64,000 nucleotides of DNA from a virus (lineage: Duplodnaviria > Heunggongvirae > Uroviricota > Caudoviricetes): the IMG/VR virus record IMGVR_UViG_3300027766_000002; one strand, 5' to 3'. Numbering within the stretch: the first letter of the stretch is position 1; each line of letters starts with the position of its first letter. The position numbers and the translations under genes are program-made. The notes below the pieces were generated by a model. It made no database searches, was not told the DNA's origin, and saw only the letters and a program-made list of their open reading frames with translations. This document shows positions 47,887 through 57,086 of this stretch, one piece after another.

Positions 47887-48972
47887 ATGACAAGTTTACT
47901 CAACAAACCTTTCACTAATGGCCTGGCGACGGATTACACATACCGTTCAGTAATTAGCCGGGTTCAATCAGAAGGCATGGCCTCTGGCGACAGAACTGGA
48001 ACCGGCACAAAAGGAACCTGTTTCTTAGCAACCGATTACCTGCTGACTGGTGCATCAGTGCCACTTGTTTCCAGCAAAAAAACCAACCTCAAACCTCTTC
48101 TGGTTGAGCTGGAGTGGTATCTCAAAGGCACTGGCAATATCGGCTTCCTGAAAGAGCATGGCGTCAAAATCTGGGACGCATGGGCCGATGAGAACGATGA
48201 CCTCGGGCCGGTCTACGGAAAGCAATGGCGCAGCCTGGAAGATACCCGGATTATCCTCAGCAGCGATCTACAAAAGTATCTTGATCGTGGTTACTTGCTT
48301 GAAACTGAAATTGACGAAAAACGCTCCCTTGTCACCAGAAACGTTGACCAGCTGGCGCGTATCGTTAACACGCTTCGCACCAACCCATCCGATCGCCGAA
48401 TGCTGATGAGTGCATGGAACGTGGCTCAGCTGGAAGACATGGCACTGCCACCTTGCCACTTTGCGTTTTACGTGTGGAGTCGTGAGCTGGATTTCCCAAC
48501 CCGTTTGTCGATGGCAAGTGATGTCGGCCGGACGCACTCTCAGTACGGGCATGAAAGCATGTATAGCCGCCTGCTTGAGCTGCTGGATTCTGGCACTGAG
48601 ATTAATGACGAGCTGATGGACAGCCTGGGTATTCCAAAGCGAGTTCTTTGCTCTACGGTAATGCAGCGCAGCGTTGATGTGTTTGTCGGTATGCCTTTCA
48701 ACATTGCTGGGTACGGCATCCTGACTCACTTCATTGCCCAAATTACCGGCCACATGGCCGCGTCTCTGACTCATTACGGATGTGACGTCCATCTCTATGA
48801 CAATCACCAAGAGGCGGTTGAAGAACTTCAGGCGCGCGAGATCCCCAAAAGCTCTGACCCGGTGGTCATCCTTCCCGAAGCATGGGAAGAGATTGACGAT
48901 TTCCGCTGGGATGGCGTCGTGGTTGAAGGCTATGAACCACTGCCATGGATCAAGGTTCCGGTGGCGGTGTAG
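47887..48972 (+). CDS. thyA: Thymidylate synthase (ThyA) with two insertions relative to E. coli ThyA
   Basis: DRTGTGT, WADENDDLGPVYGKQWR, MSAWNV, LPPCHF and DVFVGMPFNIAGY. 362 aa against about 264. Confidence 0.85.
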   Translation: MTSLLNKPFTNGLATDYTYRSVISRVQSEGMASGDRTGTGTKGTCFLATDYLLTGASVPLVSSKKTNLKPLLVELEWYLKGTGNIGFLKEHGVKIWDAWADENDDLGPVYGKQWRSLEDTRIILSSDLQKYLDRGYLLETEIDEKRSLVTRNVDQLARIVNTLRTNPSDRRMLMSAWNVAQLEDMALPPCHFAFYVWSRELDFPTRLSMASDVGRTHSQYGHESMYSRLLELLDSGTEINDELMDSLGIPKRVLCSTVMQRSVDVFVGMPFNIAGYGILTHFIAQITGHMAASLTHYGCDVHLYDNHQEAVEELQAREIPKSSDPVVILPEAWEEIDDFRWDGVVVEGYEPLPWIKVPVAV

Positions 48973-48974
48973 CA

Positions 48975-49391
48975 ATGACCAGGGGAATGATTGTTTTTTG
49001 TGAGATCGACAATGTTTTGGCTGAGGTAAATCACCGCAGCTCATTGTCGGCCGAGGATGATCGTCTGGTAATGGGCGATGGTCTTATCTTCCCCACCAGC
49101 CGAATGCTCCGGGGCTTTATGCGCTCCGGGGCAGAGATTGCTTTGGTTTCAAATCGCTCAGCCAAATTGAGTGAGGCTACGAAGCAATGGCTAAAAGGGG
49201 CTGGCATTGATTACGACTGGCTTTACTTCGGCGGAATGACGCCCAAGTACGGAGCTTTTTTGAAAAAGACTTTGCAGGAGCATCGGGTCGATCGACTTAT
49301 TGCAGCGGTAGGCGCCAGCCAAGAGTTTGTCAGCGTAATGGCAAGCCACCCAAACCGCCCTGTTTGTTATGTCGTCCGAAAGGGAGAGTGA
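48975..49391 (+). CDS. Hypothetical protein (possible HAD-like hydrolase, weak)
   Basis: IVFCEIDNVL resembles HAD motif I, but the catalytic Asp is not clear. Confidence 0.3.
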   Translation: MTRGMIVFCEIDNVLAEVNHRSSLSAEDDRLVMGDGLIFPTSRMLRGFMRSGAEIALVSNRSAKLSEATKQWLKGAGIDYDWLYFGGMTPKYGAFLKKTLQEHRVDRLIAAVGASQEFVSVMASHPNRPVCYVVRKGE

Positions 49392-49393
49392 CC

Positions 49394-49897
49394 ATGTTTA
49401 TGATTGCTGCGGTGGCCAAGAACGGCGCCATCGGAAAAGGGAATCAGCTGCCATGGCGCAGCAAAGAAGATCTGCAAATTTTCAAGCGCATGACAACCGG
49501 TAAGATTGTTGTTATGGGGCGTAAAACAGCGGAAAGCCTGGGTAAGCCACTGCCTGACCGTGTCAACGTTGTTATCAGTCGCGATGCGGCCCGTGTACCG
49601 GCTGGCTTCTCCCATATGAGAGGTATGCCTGATGTGGCTAAGTTGTCTGTCTACTCAAACCAAGAGGTGGCCATTATTGGGGGAGCTGAGGTCTATCGAC
49701 TCGCCATGCCATACGTCTATCGTGTTTATCTGACGCACCTTGATGTTGAAGTGCCCGACGCAGATACCTTTTTCCCCATGGATGAAATGGCCGCCGCAAA
49801 TCTGATTTCCCTTGAGACGTTAGTGGTGCAAGAGGAAACGGAAACAACGCCAGCCTTTAAACAAGTTGTTTATGGAGATAAAGAATGGATCGCATAG
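49394..49897 (+). CDS. folA: Dihydrofolate reductase
   Basis: MIAAVAKNGAIGKGNQLPWR…DLQIFKRMTTGK…VVMGRKT matches the FolA signature. Confidence 0.8.
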   Translation: MFMIAAVAKNGAIGKGNQLPWRSKEDLQIFKRMTTGKIVVMGRKTAESLGKPLPDRVNVVISRDAARVPAGFSHMRGMPDVAKLSVYSNQEVAIIGGAEVYRLAMPYVYRVYLTHLDVEVPDADTFFPMDEMAAANLISLETLVVQEETETTPAFKQVVYGDKEWIA

Positions 49898-50520
49898 GTT
49901 TGGCTGGCGCCCAGGGAACGGGCAAAACGACTTTAGCCAAGCGTCTCGCACTTAAGTACGGTTACAAGTTTGTCGATGCTGGCGTCGGCGCGCTGATGAG
50001 TAAGCTAGGCGTTGTGGTTGGCAAAGAAATGCCTCTCTTCGAACGACTGCAGGTGCAGCTGGCCGTCGCAAACCACATTGCCGACAAATCCAATGGCTCA
50101 GGCAGTTTCGTAATGGATCGAACGCCAATTGACGTTATGGCCTACACCATCGACCTCTTCCACCAGGTTAATGATGATCGTTGTGTTTCGCTGTTTGATG
50201 AGATTCAACAGGTGTGTTCTCGAACCGCAATTGCGAACTACAACGTGATTGTTGGTTTGCGCCCGGGGATCGAGCTTTCTCAAGAGGACAAAGATCGAGA
50301 GCAGCGGGGCTCTCTCGACCCTTTGTATGTTCGCAGAATTGATGCGCTGGTGTGTGGCGAACTGAACAATCTCAACCTCTTTGAGAACAAGCTGAATCTT
50401 ACAGTCGGCTTTTTCCCGCCAACTTTAACGGATCTGGATGCGCGAATTACTTCATTTAGCCAATACATCCGAAATTCCGCAGAAGCACACAAGCGGCCAG
50501 TCGATAGCGCCTTGCACTAA
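49885..50520 (+). CDS. P-loop nucleotide/nucleoside monophosphate kinase-like protein
   Basis: Walker A GAQGTGKTT at the N-terminus. 211 aa, adjacent to thyA and folA. Confidence 0.45.
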   Translation: MDRIGLAGAQGTGKTTLAKRLALKYGYKFVDAGVGALMSKLGVVVGKEMPLFERLQVQLAVANHIADKSNGSGSFVMDRTPIDVMAYTIDLFHQVNDDRCVSLFDEIQQVCSRTAIANYNVIVGLRPGIELSQEDKDREQRGSLDPLYVRRIDALVCGELNNLNLFENKLNLTVGFFPPTLTDLDARITSFSQYIRNSAEAHKRPVDSALH

Positions 50521-50581
50521 ATGTTGAACCCCTCTCGTGGTGCGCAACAATACGCGCACCACATGATCACGGAATACAAGC

Positions 50582-51001
50582 ATGACCACCGACCTTCTCT
50601 TGCAGGATGAAATCGACCGGAAGACGGTTGAAGCGCTCGAACGAGTGGTGACCGAATTTGAGTCAAAACTTATGACTGCTCGTGAGGCAAGAATTGCCAT
50701 CCGCGCAGTGTTTGAGAGTGTCCAGGGGCTGCTGACTGAATCCATCAGCGAAATTCTAAATCAGGTGATGACTCAGTTTGCTAACGAACCAGGTAAGCCC
50801 ATTTTTCCCATGCACCTGGCAATGCCAGGCGGCAACACTATTTTCATCAGCGTTGATCTCGACGACAAAACGATGCGTGTTCTAAACGTCACCACCGGTG
50901 CTGAACTGGCCAGGGTCGTGTGTGACACGCAGACCGAGACAATCAAAAAGGCAGCTGCGTTTGCCAAAAACGCCATTGTCAAAGGAGCTAAAAAATTATG
51001 A
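50582..51001 (+). CDS. Hypothetical protein
   Basis: 139 aa ORF. Confidence 0.4.
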   Translation: MTTDLLLQDEIDRKTVEALERVVTEFESKLMTAREARIAIRAVFESVQGLLTESISEILNQVMTQFANEPGKPIFPMHLAMPGGNTIFISVDLDDKTMRVLNVTTGAELARVVCDTQTETIKKAAAFAKNAIVKGAKKL

Positions 51002-51540
51002 TCGCAACCGGGCTGGACATTGAATCAACTGGGCTGGACTTCCGCGGTGGCCATCGAGTCATCGAGATCGCCCTATCCTCCTACAACATCATCACCAAAG
51101 AGAAGATAGCAAGCCTGGAGATGCGCTTTAACCCTCGGCGAACCATCCAACCAGAAGCGCAAAAGGTGCATGGTATCTCATTAGAGATGCTGGCCACCGC
51201 CCCACTCTTTGAAGATAAAGCCCCTGAGCTTATCGCGATGTTGGACGCAAGCGACTTTTACATTGCTCACAATGGAGAAGGCTTTGATGGCCCGTTCCTG
51301 CAACATGAGTTCAATCACTCTGGTCACACCATGCCAGACAAGCCCATGTTTGACACGATGTTAGAGGGGCTGTGGGCTACAGAAGATGGGAAGCGCCCTC
51401 GCCTGCAAGAGCTGGCTTTTGCGTTGGGGCTGGTCTATGACACGGAGAAAGCGCATAGCGCCCTCTACGATGTAGATCTGATGATGGAATGCTTCTTCCT
51501 TGCTCGTGAGAAATACAACCTATTCCAGCTTACTTTTTAA
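50998..51540 (+). CDS. DnaQ-like 3'-5' exonuclease (DEDDh)
   Basis: LDIESTG (Exo I), AHNGEGFDGPFL (Exo II) and HSALYDVDL (Exo III). Confidence 0.7.
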   Translation: MIATGLDIESTGLDFRGGHRVIEIALSSYNIITKEKIASLEMRFNPRRTIQPEAQKVHGISLEMLATAPLFEDKAPELIAMLDASDFYIAHNGEGFDGPFLQHEFNHSGHTMPDKPMFDTMLEGLWATEDGKRPRLQELAFALGLVYDTEKAHSALYDVDLMMECFFLAREKYNLFQLTF

Positions 51541-51549
51541 GTTTGTATA

Positions 51550-51573
51550 AAGGCCGCGGAAAGCGGCCTATTT
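51550..51573. terminator. Bidirectional terminator
   Basis: ggccgcggaaagcggcc hairpin between convergent genes. Confidence 0.5.
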
Positions 51574-51990
51574 ACATGGATAGACAACAATGAAAGATTT
51601 AAGCGCAACAACCTCTACTGACATATCACCCATTTCTTTCATCATTTTCCTACCTTCTTCGCTGACTAAAAAACTTTGCAGCGTTAAATCCAGTAAATCC
51701 CCGTTGATAGTTAAATCAGGAGGTGAGCAAAACAATGGTTTTTTGTTTATAAGGGCGGAAAAAACATTTGAAACGTTAAAACCGTTGGCAACGCCATTCA
51801 AATAAATACTGTCAATCGATGATCTATTTGATTTTTTTCCAATGGCTTTATTTTCAACGTATTCAACGTATTCATTTAGCGTGAATTTACTTTCGCGGGC
51901 AGCAAATGCTGATAAGGAAGATACGCAGGAAAGACAAGCTATCAAGAGGAAAATTGTTTTTTTCATACTTAAACTAAATTTATTTTGCAA
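51568..51990 (-). CDS. Hypothetical secreted protein (AT-rich, minus-strand moron-like gene)
   Basis: Signal peptide MKKTIFLLIACLSCVSSLSAFA. 140 aa. Low GC. Opposite strand to its neighbours. Confidence 0.5.
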   Translation of the reverse strand: MQNKFSLSMKKTIFLLIACLSCVSSLSAFAARESKFTLNEYVEYVENKAIGKKSNRSSIDSIYLNGVANGFNVSNVFSALINKKPLFCSPPDLTINGDLLDLTLQSFLVSEEGRKMMKEMGDMSVEVVALKSFIVVYPCK

Positions 51991-52130
51991 GTGTTACCGC
52001 TATTCTAGACCAAACAATTAGTGTTACAACATATTTTTTAAGCCTAATTAAATTGCTTTTTCCCCTAACTCAGTTTGGCAAAATAGCTGTCATCAACGAA
52101 GCACATTTAAAACAACGAAAGGAAAAGCAC

Positions 52131-52934
52131 ATGTCCAACGCAGCCCAAACAAACGTTTCTGACCTCGATGCTCTGTCTGCGATCTTGGCATCCCTTGATG
52201 AAACCCCAGCCGCCGCTGACACTCAGATGAAAGGCATTGATTCTTTGCTCGATGAGCTGGAAACGAACGCAGCTGAGGCCGCCACATCGACACCAGAGAG
52301 CATCGTGGCAAAGATCGAAAACGAATTACCGGTTACGCCAGCTGCTGCTTCAGGTGATATGGAGCAGGTGATCATTGATTTAGAAGAGTCGAACACGGCC
52401 ACACCGCCAGAGAAATCAACTGAGATTTTAGCCGGTGGCGAAGAGAATATTCTCCCGGTGATTGAAGAACCGGCCGCACCTGAAGTTCAGGAGGAAAAGC
52501 AACCTGAACCTAAGCCTAAAAAAGCCAGCACACCTCGTGGCGCTCGATTCACCTTTGACGGTAAGGACGATGCCTTCTTTGAGAAAGCTGGCCTGCAGCG
52601 CGAGGATTTCATGAAGTGCTACAACGAGGCTCCAGTGAAGGCAATGGACAAAATCCAAAACATTATGCACTGGTTCAGTGGTGGCCCGGATCTGAGCGTA
52701 TATACCCGTATTTCGTTGCACTCATTAATCGCTGACAAAACGGTCAGCAGCAATAGCCTCAAACTGGCTATGATGAGCTATCCAGAGAAGCCCTATCCAG
52801 TTGGCACTGCCTCCACTCAGGCTGGCCAAATGATGGCAGTATTTCCGGCGCTGGGTATCGCTGAGAAAGATGGGAAATCCTTAACCCTTAATGCTGATTC
52901 TCCTATCGTCAAAAAGTTTATGGCGGAAGAGTAA
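52131..52934 (+). CDS. Hypothetical acidic protein
   Basis: Preceded by AAAGGAAAAGCACATG. 267 aa. Confidence 0.5.
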   Translation: MSNAAQTNVSDLDALSAILASLDETPAAADTQMKGIDSLLDELETNAAEAATSTPESIVAKIENELPVTPAAASGDMEQVIIDLEESNTATPPEKSTEILAGGEENILPVIEEPAAPEVQEEKQPEPKPKKASTPRGARFTFDGKDDAFFEKAGLQREDFMKCYNEAPVKAMDKIQNIMHWFSGGPDLSVYTRISLHSLIADKTVSSNSLKLAMMSYPEKPYPVGTASTQAGQMMAVFPALGIAEKDGKSLTLNADSPIVKKFMAEE

Positions 52935-53101
52935 AGAGACCATCTAAATTCGCCCACGGGAAGGACGCTGTGGGCTTAACGCAAATAAACAATACAAACC
53001 CATCCACTTCGCGAGAAATGCTTCCCTCGCGCTTCCCTGAACGTATTTTTCATGCTGATATAGTCAAACAAAAACAATACCACTCTGGGGTAGAGGGAAT
53101 G

Positions 53102-53494
53102 ACAACAGTAACCACTGAGAAAGAACTCGCACAAGCAATAAAATCTAACCAATCCACTATTACCATCACCGGCGATCTGTCTAAGAAAACATTAAAAATT
53201 CACGCGACAGGCTCAGTTGCATGGGCAGTCGTAGCCGCCAGTCTTATCGTGGCGGGAGGCGCAGCGTTTGTAACCATGGGATCTGGTGGTACCGCGACAC
53301 CCGTTGCAGCCCCCACCGCTGCACTGGCAGGTGCTGGCGCAACGTCGGTGCTTGGTATTGGCGCTACCACGTCAGCCATCAGTGTGATCTTGGCCTCTGG
53401 GGGCGTAGCTGCTGGCATGAAAACTCTTAAGTCCCTTAGAAAATATAAAGTCGTCGAGAAATCAGAAGGTATGCTTGTCCTAAACCGTAGATAA
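53102..53494 (+). CDS. Hypothetical membrane protein with a Gly/Ala-rich hydrophobic C-terminus
   Basis: Internal ATG with a GGAGGG-like Shine-Dalgarno. The listed ORF 52970..53494 may start earlier. Confidence 0.35.
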   Translation, partial: TTVTTEKELAQAIKSNQSTITITGDLSKKTLKIHATGSVAWAVVAASLIVAGGAAFVTMGSGGTATPVAAPTAALAGAGATSVLGIGATTSAISVILASGGVAAGMKTLKSLRKYKVVEKSEGMLVLNRR

Positions 53495-53582
53495 CATAAG
53501 GGCGCAAAGCGCCCTTATTACATTGCTAACGAAATAATAATTTGCGATCATATAGGTAGTTAGCTACCTACTAAGGGTTATC

Positions 53583-54197
53583 ATGATTGCCGCAGAGAAG
53601 ATTAAAAAGCGCGAGCGTGACAAAGAGCTGCGCGACCTGTGGCGCACTCCGCGATGGCTATTTGAGGCCATTCAGAAATACCTTGGCATCCAGTTTGACG
53701 TTGACGTGGCTTGTGATGCCGGCAATGCCCTACTGCCTAACTTTATCGGCAAGGAAAGAGACGCGCTTGTTTGTGATTGGGGTGAACCTGGCACAAATGC
53801 TTTTCTCAATCCGCCGTATTCCAAGATTAGACCCTGGATAGAGGCAGCTATGCGTGAGCAGCGTCGCGGCGTATCGACAGTAATGTTGATCCCCCAATCA
53901 CTTGATACCGCCTGGTATGAGTTCGCCACAGAATCAGCTAATGAGACGGTGGTGCTGACCGGTGGGCGTGTAGCCTTTCTGGAACCAGGCGTGGAGCTGG
54001 GGATGGTAGAAGTACGTGAAAACCCTGGTGGGAGTATGCTGGTGGTCTTCCGCGGCCACTGCCACCAGGCTGGGCACATTCTTCGCAAGGTTTCACTGCC
54101 AGTAATGAAAGAGCTGGGTGGTTATGATCCTTCAAAAGCAATCAGAAAGAAGCGCCCCTCCAAGAAGAAACAACCCACGTTGGAGGTGGCAGCTTAG
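53583..54197 (+). CDS. dam: Phage Dam-type DNA N6-adenine methyltransferase
   Basis: WRTPRWLFEAI…DVACD…NPPYS motifs typical of the small phage N6-adenine MTase family. Confidence 0.65.
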   Translation: MIAAEKIKKRERDKELRDLWRTPRWLFEAIQKYLGIQFDVDVACDAGNALLPNFIGKERDALVCDWGEPGTNAFLNPPYSKIRPWIEAAMREQRRGVSTVMLIPQSLDTAWYEFATESANETVVLTGGRVAFLEPGVELGMVEVRENPGGSMLVVFRGHCHQAGHILRKVSLPVMKELGGYDPSKAIRKKRPSKKKQPTLEVAA

Positions 54198-54380
54198 CAC
54201 CACCACAAACCCAACTTATCCAACCTGCTTCCGTATATTTATATACTGGTTAGTTATTTATTTATAGAGAAGCAGGTCGGTCGTAAGCAACCCACCAGCC
54301 CTTGTCATACCTAGGTTTTTTGGTAGATCACCTTCCCAGAAAAATTATGATCGCTGGACATTAATCAAAAGGAATTACAC

Positions 54381-54614
54381 ATGGCACACCCTACCAACGT
54401 AGTGGCACTGATCGACACTGATTTTCTCGCCAATGCACGTCAGCTACTCAAAAGCCGCGATCAGTCATTCACGCTTTATGAGTGGGCGCTTAAGGCGATC
54501 CGCGGTGGACAGCATACCAATGAAGTTGAGCAGCTGATCGGCGAGTTAATCAACGAAGTTCATGGGCTGAATGTTCAACTTCACGGCCGCACTGAGCAGA
54601 AAGCCACCGCTTAA
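54381..54614 (+). CDS. Hypothetical protein
   Basis: Preceded by AAAGGAATTACACATG. 77 aa. Confidence 0.4.
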   Translation: MAHPTNVVALIDTDFLANARQLLKSRDQSFTLYEWALKAIRGGQHTNEVEQLIGELINEVHGLNVQLHGRTEQKATA

Positions 54615-54649
54615 AATAGTAACCTTATTAAATAGTCATTTAGCTATTT

Positions 54650-55150
54650 ACCGTCTGATCTGCCAGTGCTAACATCCCGCCGTCATTTCTCGGAATGGCT
54701 CGGCAGATGGGTGGAGGATTATGGCGCTGGCGTCTGCTTAAAGGAACCTGTTACCAGCGATCGAACCGGGACGCGAAAGCCGCTCGGGGAGAGGGAGAAT
54801 CAAAGCAGGAGAGAAAAGGAGTCACTGTAGGTTGTCGAAACCAGACGAGTTCCAAGAGGTTGGTGTCTGGTGTTCCCCTCCTACAGTGAGGAAGGATCTT
54901 GATTCTGGGGTATTGCTGCCCACAACCTTCCTAACCGGGACTGGCATTGGATCTCGGTCATAGTTTCTGGCTATGATTTGCTCAGGTTAGCGTGGGATTT
55001 TCAACCCTGCTTCCCTGGGTGAATTATATCCAGAACACACAACCTCTCACTCCGTTCGAGGGAAACCTCACATTCGTTCGGTTTCTCACTTCTAAACCCA
55101 TTCTGGGTATTATCTTATATTTTCAAATAGATACTAATTGCGCGCGAGAA
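54650..55150. ncRNA. Candidate structured non-coding RNA region (about 450 nt, GC-rich, multiple hairpins)
   Basis: There is no credible ORF. Stems include ggagtcactgtagg/cctacagtga, ccagac…gtctgg, ggaagg/ccttcc and atctgcc/ggcagat. Confidence 0.3.
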
Positions 55151-55220
55151 ATTTGCGAATTTCATTGATCTATACCATTAATCATATATGATTTGGTTAA
55201 TGGAGATTATGGAGGTTTGC

Positions 55221-55811
55221 ATGAAAAAGTTAGATATTAGTGATCACATCTATACCAGACTGGCTAAGCACGCAGTCGGCTTTGAAACCCCTGAAAGCGT
55301 AATCGAACGACTGCTAGATGCTTATGAGATTGTTCCGGGGCAGAAACCCAAATTGACTTTCATACCTGAAAATGAAGAAGAATTTAAAGCAAGACTAGTT
55401 GAATCTCGTCATGCTTACGTCGAACTCAGAATGGAAGATGGCACGATTCAGGCCGGTGAATGGAGCGCTCATTCATTCAAAGATAGCTCTAACTTAAGAG
55501 CGAATATCTGGTCAGGTTATCTTCGAAATTGGTCGAAGAGGGGAATTGTTGCAGCAACTTTTGAGGTCGTAATGTCCCCGAACAGTGAAGACCAAATTGT
55601 ACAATCCGCCAAATTCGAAAAGTACGTAATTAACCAACACGCCAGTGGCTCCATTTCCGTTAAGGTAAATGATATGGATGCAAGACCAGTTAAACCAGTG
55701 CTGAGGAAGATAGCTGAGGCACTTGATGTCAGCATTGTCAATTCAAACAACAATGATCTTAATACACGCCAGCTTGGGGCATCGATTATCAAAGCTCTTA
55801 ACCCCTTATAA
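55221..55811 (+). CDS. Hypothetical protein (AT-rich)
   Basis: GGAGG Shine-Dalgarno before the ATG at 55221. Low GC. Followed by a terminator at 55801-55822. Confidence 0.45.
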   Translation: MKKLDISDHIYTRLAKHAVGFETPESVIERLLDAYEIVPGQKPKLTFIPENEEEFKARLVESRHAYVELRMEDGTIQAGEWSAHSFKDSSNLRANIWSGYLRNWSKRGIVAATFEVVMSPNSEDQIVQSAKFEKYVINQHASGSISVKVNDMDARPVKPVLRKIAEALDVSIVNSNNNDLNTRQLGASIIKALNPL

Positions 55812-55984
55812 TGGGGTTTTTTAACAATCAATAAATAAGTAGTTGACTACCTACAATCAAAATATTAAATTGACCGTGTCAGGACGACGACGGCGCTGGT
55901 TTAGCGCTTGCTCCATGGACGGAGCACAAACACGGCTGGGTTCGCCCAGCCGTAACTCTCTGTGTCTCAAGAAGGGATTCGTTT

Positions 55985-56296
55985 GTGAACATGTTGTTGT
56001 CTTACGCAGACGTTTTGACCGGCATTAAAACCGGCGCCTCCTTCGCTCGTCAGAAATGGCCTGCCGACACATCCATACGACTCCGCACCGGGGTGATCAG
56101 CTCAAGCGAATACCAGAAAACTGAAGGCAAAGTGTTCTTCGGCCTTCCGCTCAACCTTTTTGAAGTCCACCAGCCAGATGGTTACACCGTATTTCCTGGT
56201 TTAGAGATGGTTCTTCCAAATGGCAAGGTGGTTGATTACCTGGCTTCGATGATTGACCAGCTCGCCTGCGATTGGAAACGAGTGGAAACTAAATGA
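55985..56296 (+). CDS. Hypothetical protein (DUF2829-like; a paralogue of 12678..13166)
   Basis: 103 aa. Shares an ARxKW…DW pattern with the 12678 ORF. Confidence 0.4.
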   Translation: MNMLLSYADVLTGIKTGASFARQKWPADTSIRLRTGVISSSEYQKTEGKVFFGLPLNLFEVHQPDGYTVFPGLEMVLPNGKVVDYLASMIDQLACDWKRVETK

Positions 56297-56811
56297 TCAG
56301 CTATTTGTTCTTCAAGCGCTGCTACGAGCGCCAGCTTCGGCTGATGGAAATCCGCATCCGTGAACTTGAGTTACGTTGCGATCGCCTGTCCGATGCTTTG
56401 GTTACGTTCGGCACCGCAGCCGGTGTAAAGCATGTCGAGAAGCAACGTGGCCGTTCTGAAGTGGAGTTGTGGGGGTTGTCCGATCCGCCAGTTTTTCTAG
56501 GGAAGGAAAAATCTCATGCAGCAGTACCAGCTTCAACGACTTCGGCGCGCAGCGCAGCCCCTGTTAGTGATGTTAACCATGTGCCTTTTGTGTACATCGA
56601 TAACGACGATGTTCCAGCTCGCGCCAGCGTCTCTCAGAGTGCCAGCAGTTCGCACCATAGCAGCCCCGCAAGCTGTTGCTCCGTCAGCAGCAGTTCCAGC
56701 CACACCAGCCACTATTCTTCCCACGCGAGCCATAGTGGATTCGACCATGGCGGTGGAAGCTATGACACAGGCAGTTCCTTCGATTCAGGTGGATCGTTCG
56801 GCTGCGATTAA
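56293..56811 (+). CDS. Hypothetical protein with a Ser/His-rich low-complexity C-terminus
   Basis: ATGA overlap with the upstream gene. The C-terminal 70 aa are dominated by Ser and His. Confidence 0.4.
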   Translation: MISYLFFKRCYERQLRLMEIRIRELELRCDRLSDALVTFGTAAGVKHVEKQRGRSEVELWGLSDPPVFLGKEKSHAAVPASTTSARSAAPVSDVNHVPFVYIDNDDVPARASVSQSASSSHHSSPASCCSVSSSSSHTSHYSSHASHSGFDHGGGSYDTGSSFDSGGSFGCD

Positions 56812-56823
56812 AGGAGATGCCTA

Positions 56824-56997
56824 ATGTGGTTCAAAGGCATAGTGCTTTTTGGTTTTGTGGTGATTGTTTCGTGGATCATCAATCTCGTGAAGGTTTTCAC
56901 GACTGACATCCCGGTGCCCCTCTGGGGAGGCAAAGAGATTGCCAGAGTAATCGGCATTTTCATTCCGCCCCTGGGTGCAGCGCTCGGATTCTTTTAG
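56824..56997 (+). CDS. Small membrane protein (57 aa, two hydrophobic helices)
   Basis: AGGAG Shine-Dalgarno 7 nt upstream of the ATG. Not in the ORF track because it is shorter than 60 aa. Confidence 0.35.
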   Translation: MWFKGIVLFGFVVIVSWIINLVKVFTTDIPVPLWGGKEIARVIGIFIPPLGAALGFF

Positions 56998-57086
56998 CCC
57001 GTAACGTAGTGCTTTTACCCCGTTTTGGGCGCGCTACGATATGACCACTTAGAAAACAAGTTGTTAAATAAACAAAGGAAAAACGC

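Noticed and set aside
48268-49044. 258-aa minus-strand ORF
   Set aside because: It lies entirely antisense to the unambiguous thyA coding sequence. It is a shadow ORF.
54695-54889. 64-aa + strand ORF inside the structured non-coding region
   Set aside because: It has no Shine-Dalgarno. The product is highly basic and low complexity. The region is better explained by RNA or DNA secondary structure.
56516-56824. Alternative 102-aa ORF overlapping the Ser/His-rich tail of 56293..56811
   Set aside because: The 56293 frame is supported by ATGA coupling to the upstream gene. The alternative frame lacks an RBS. It is kept only as a note.
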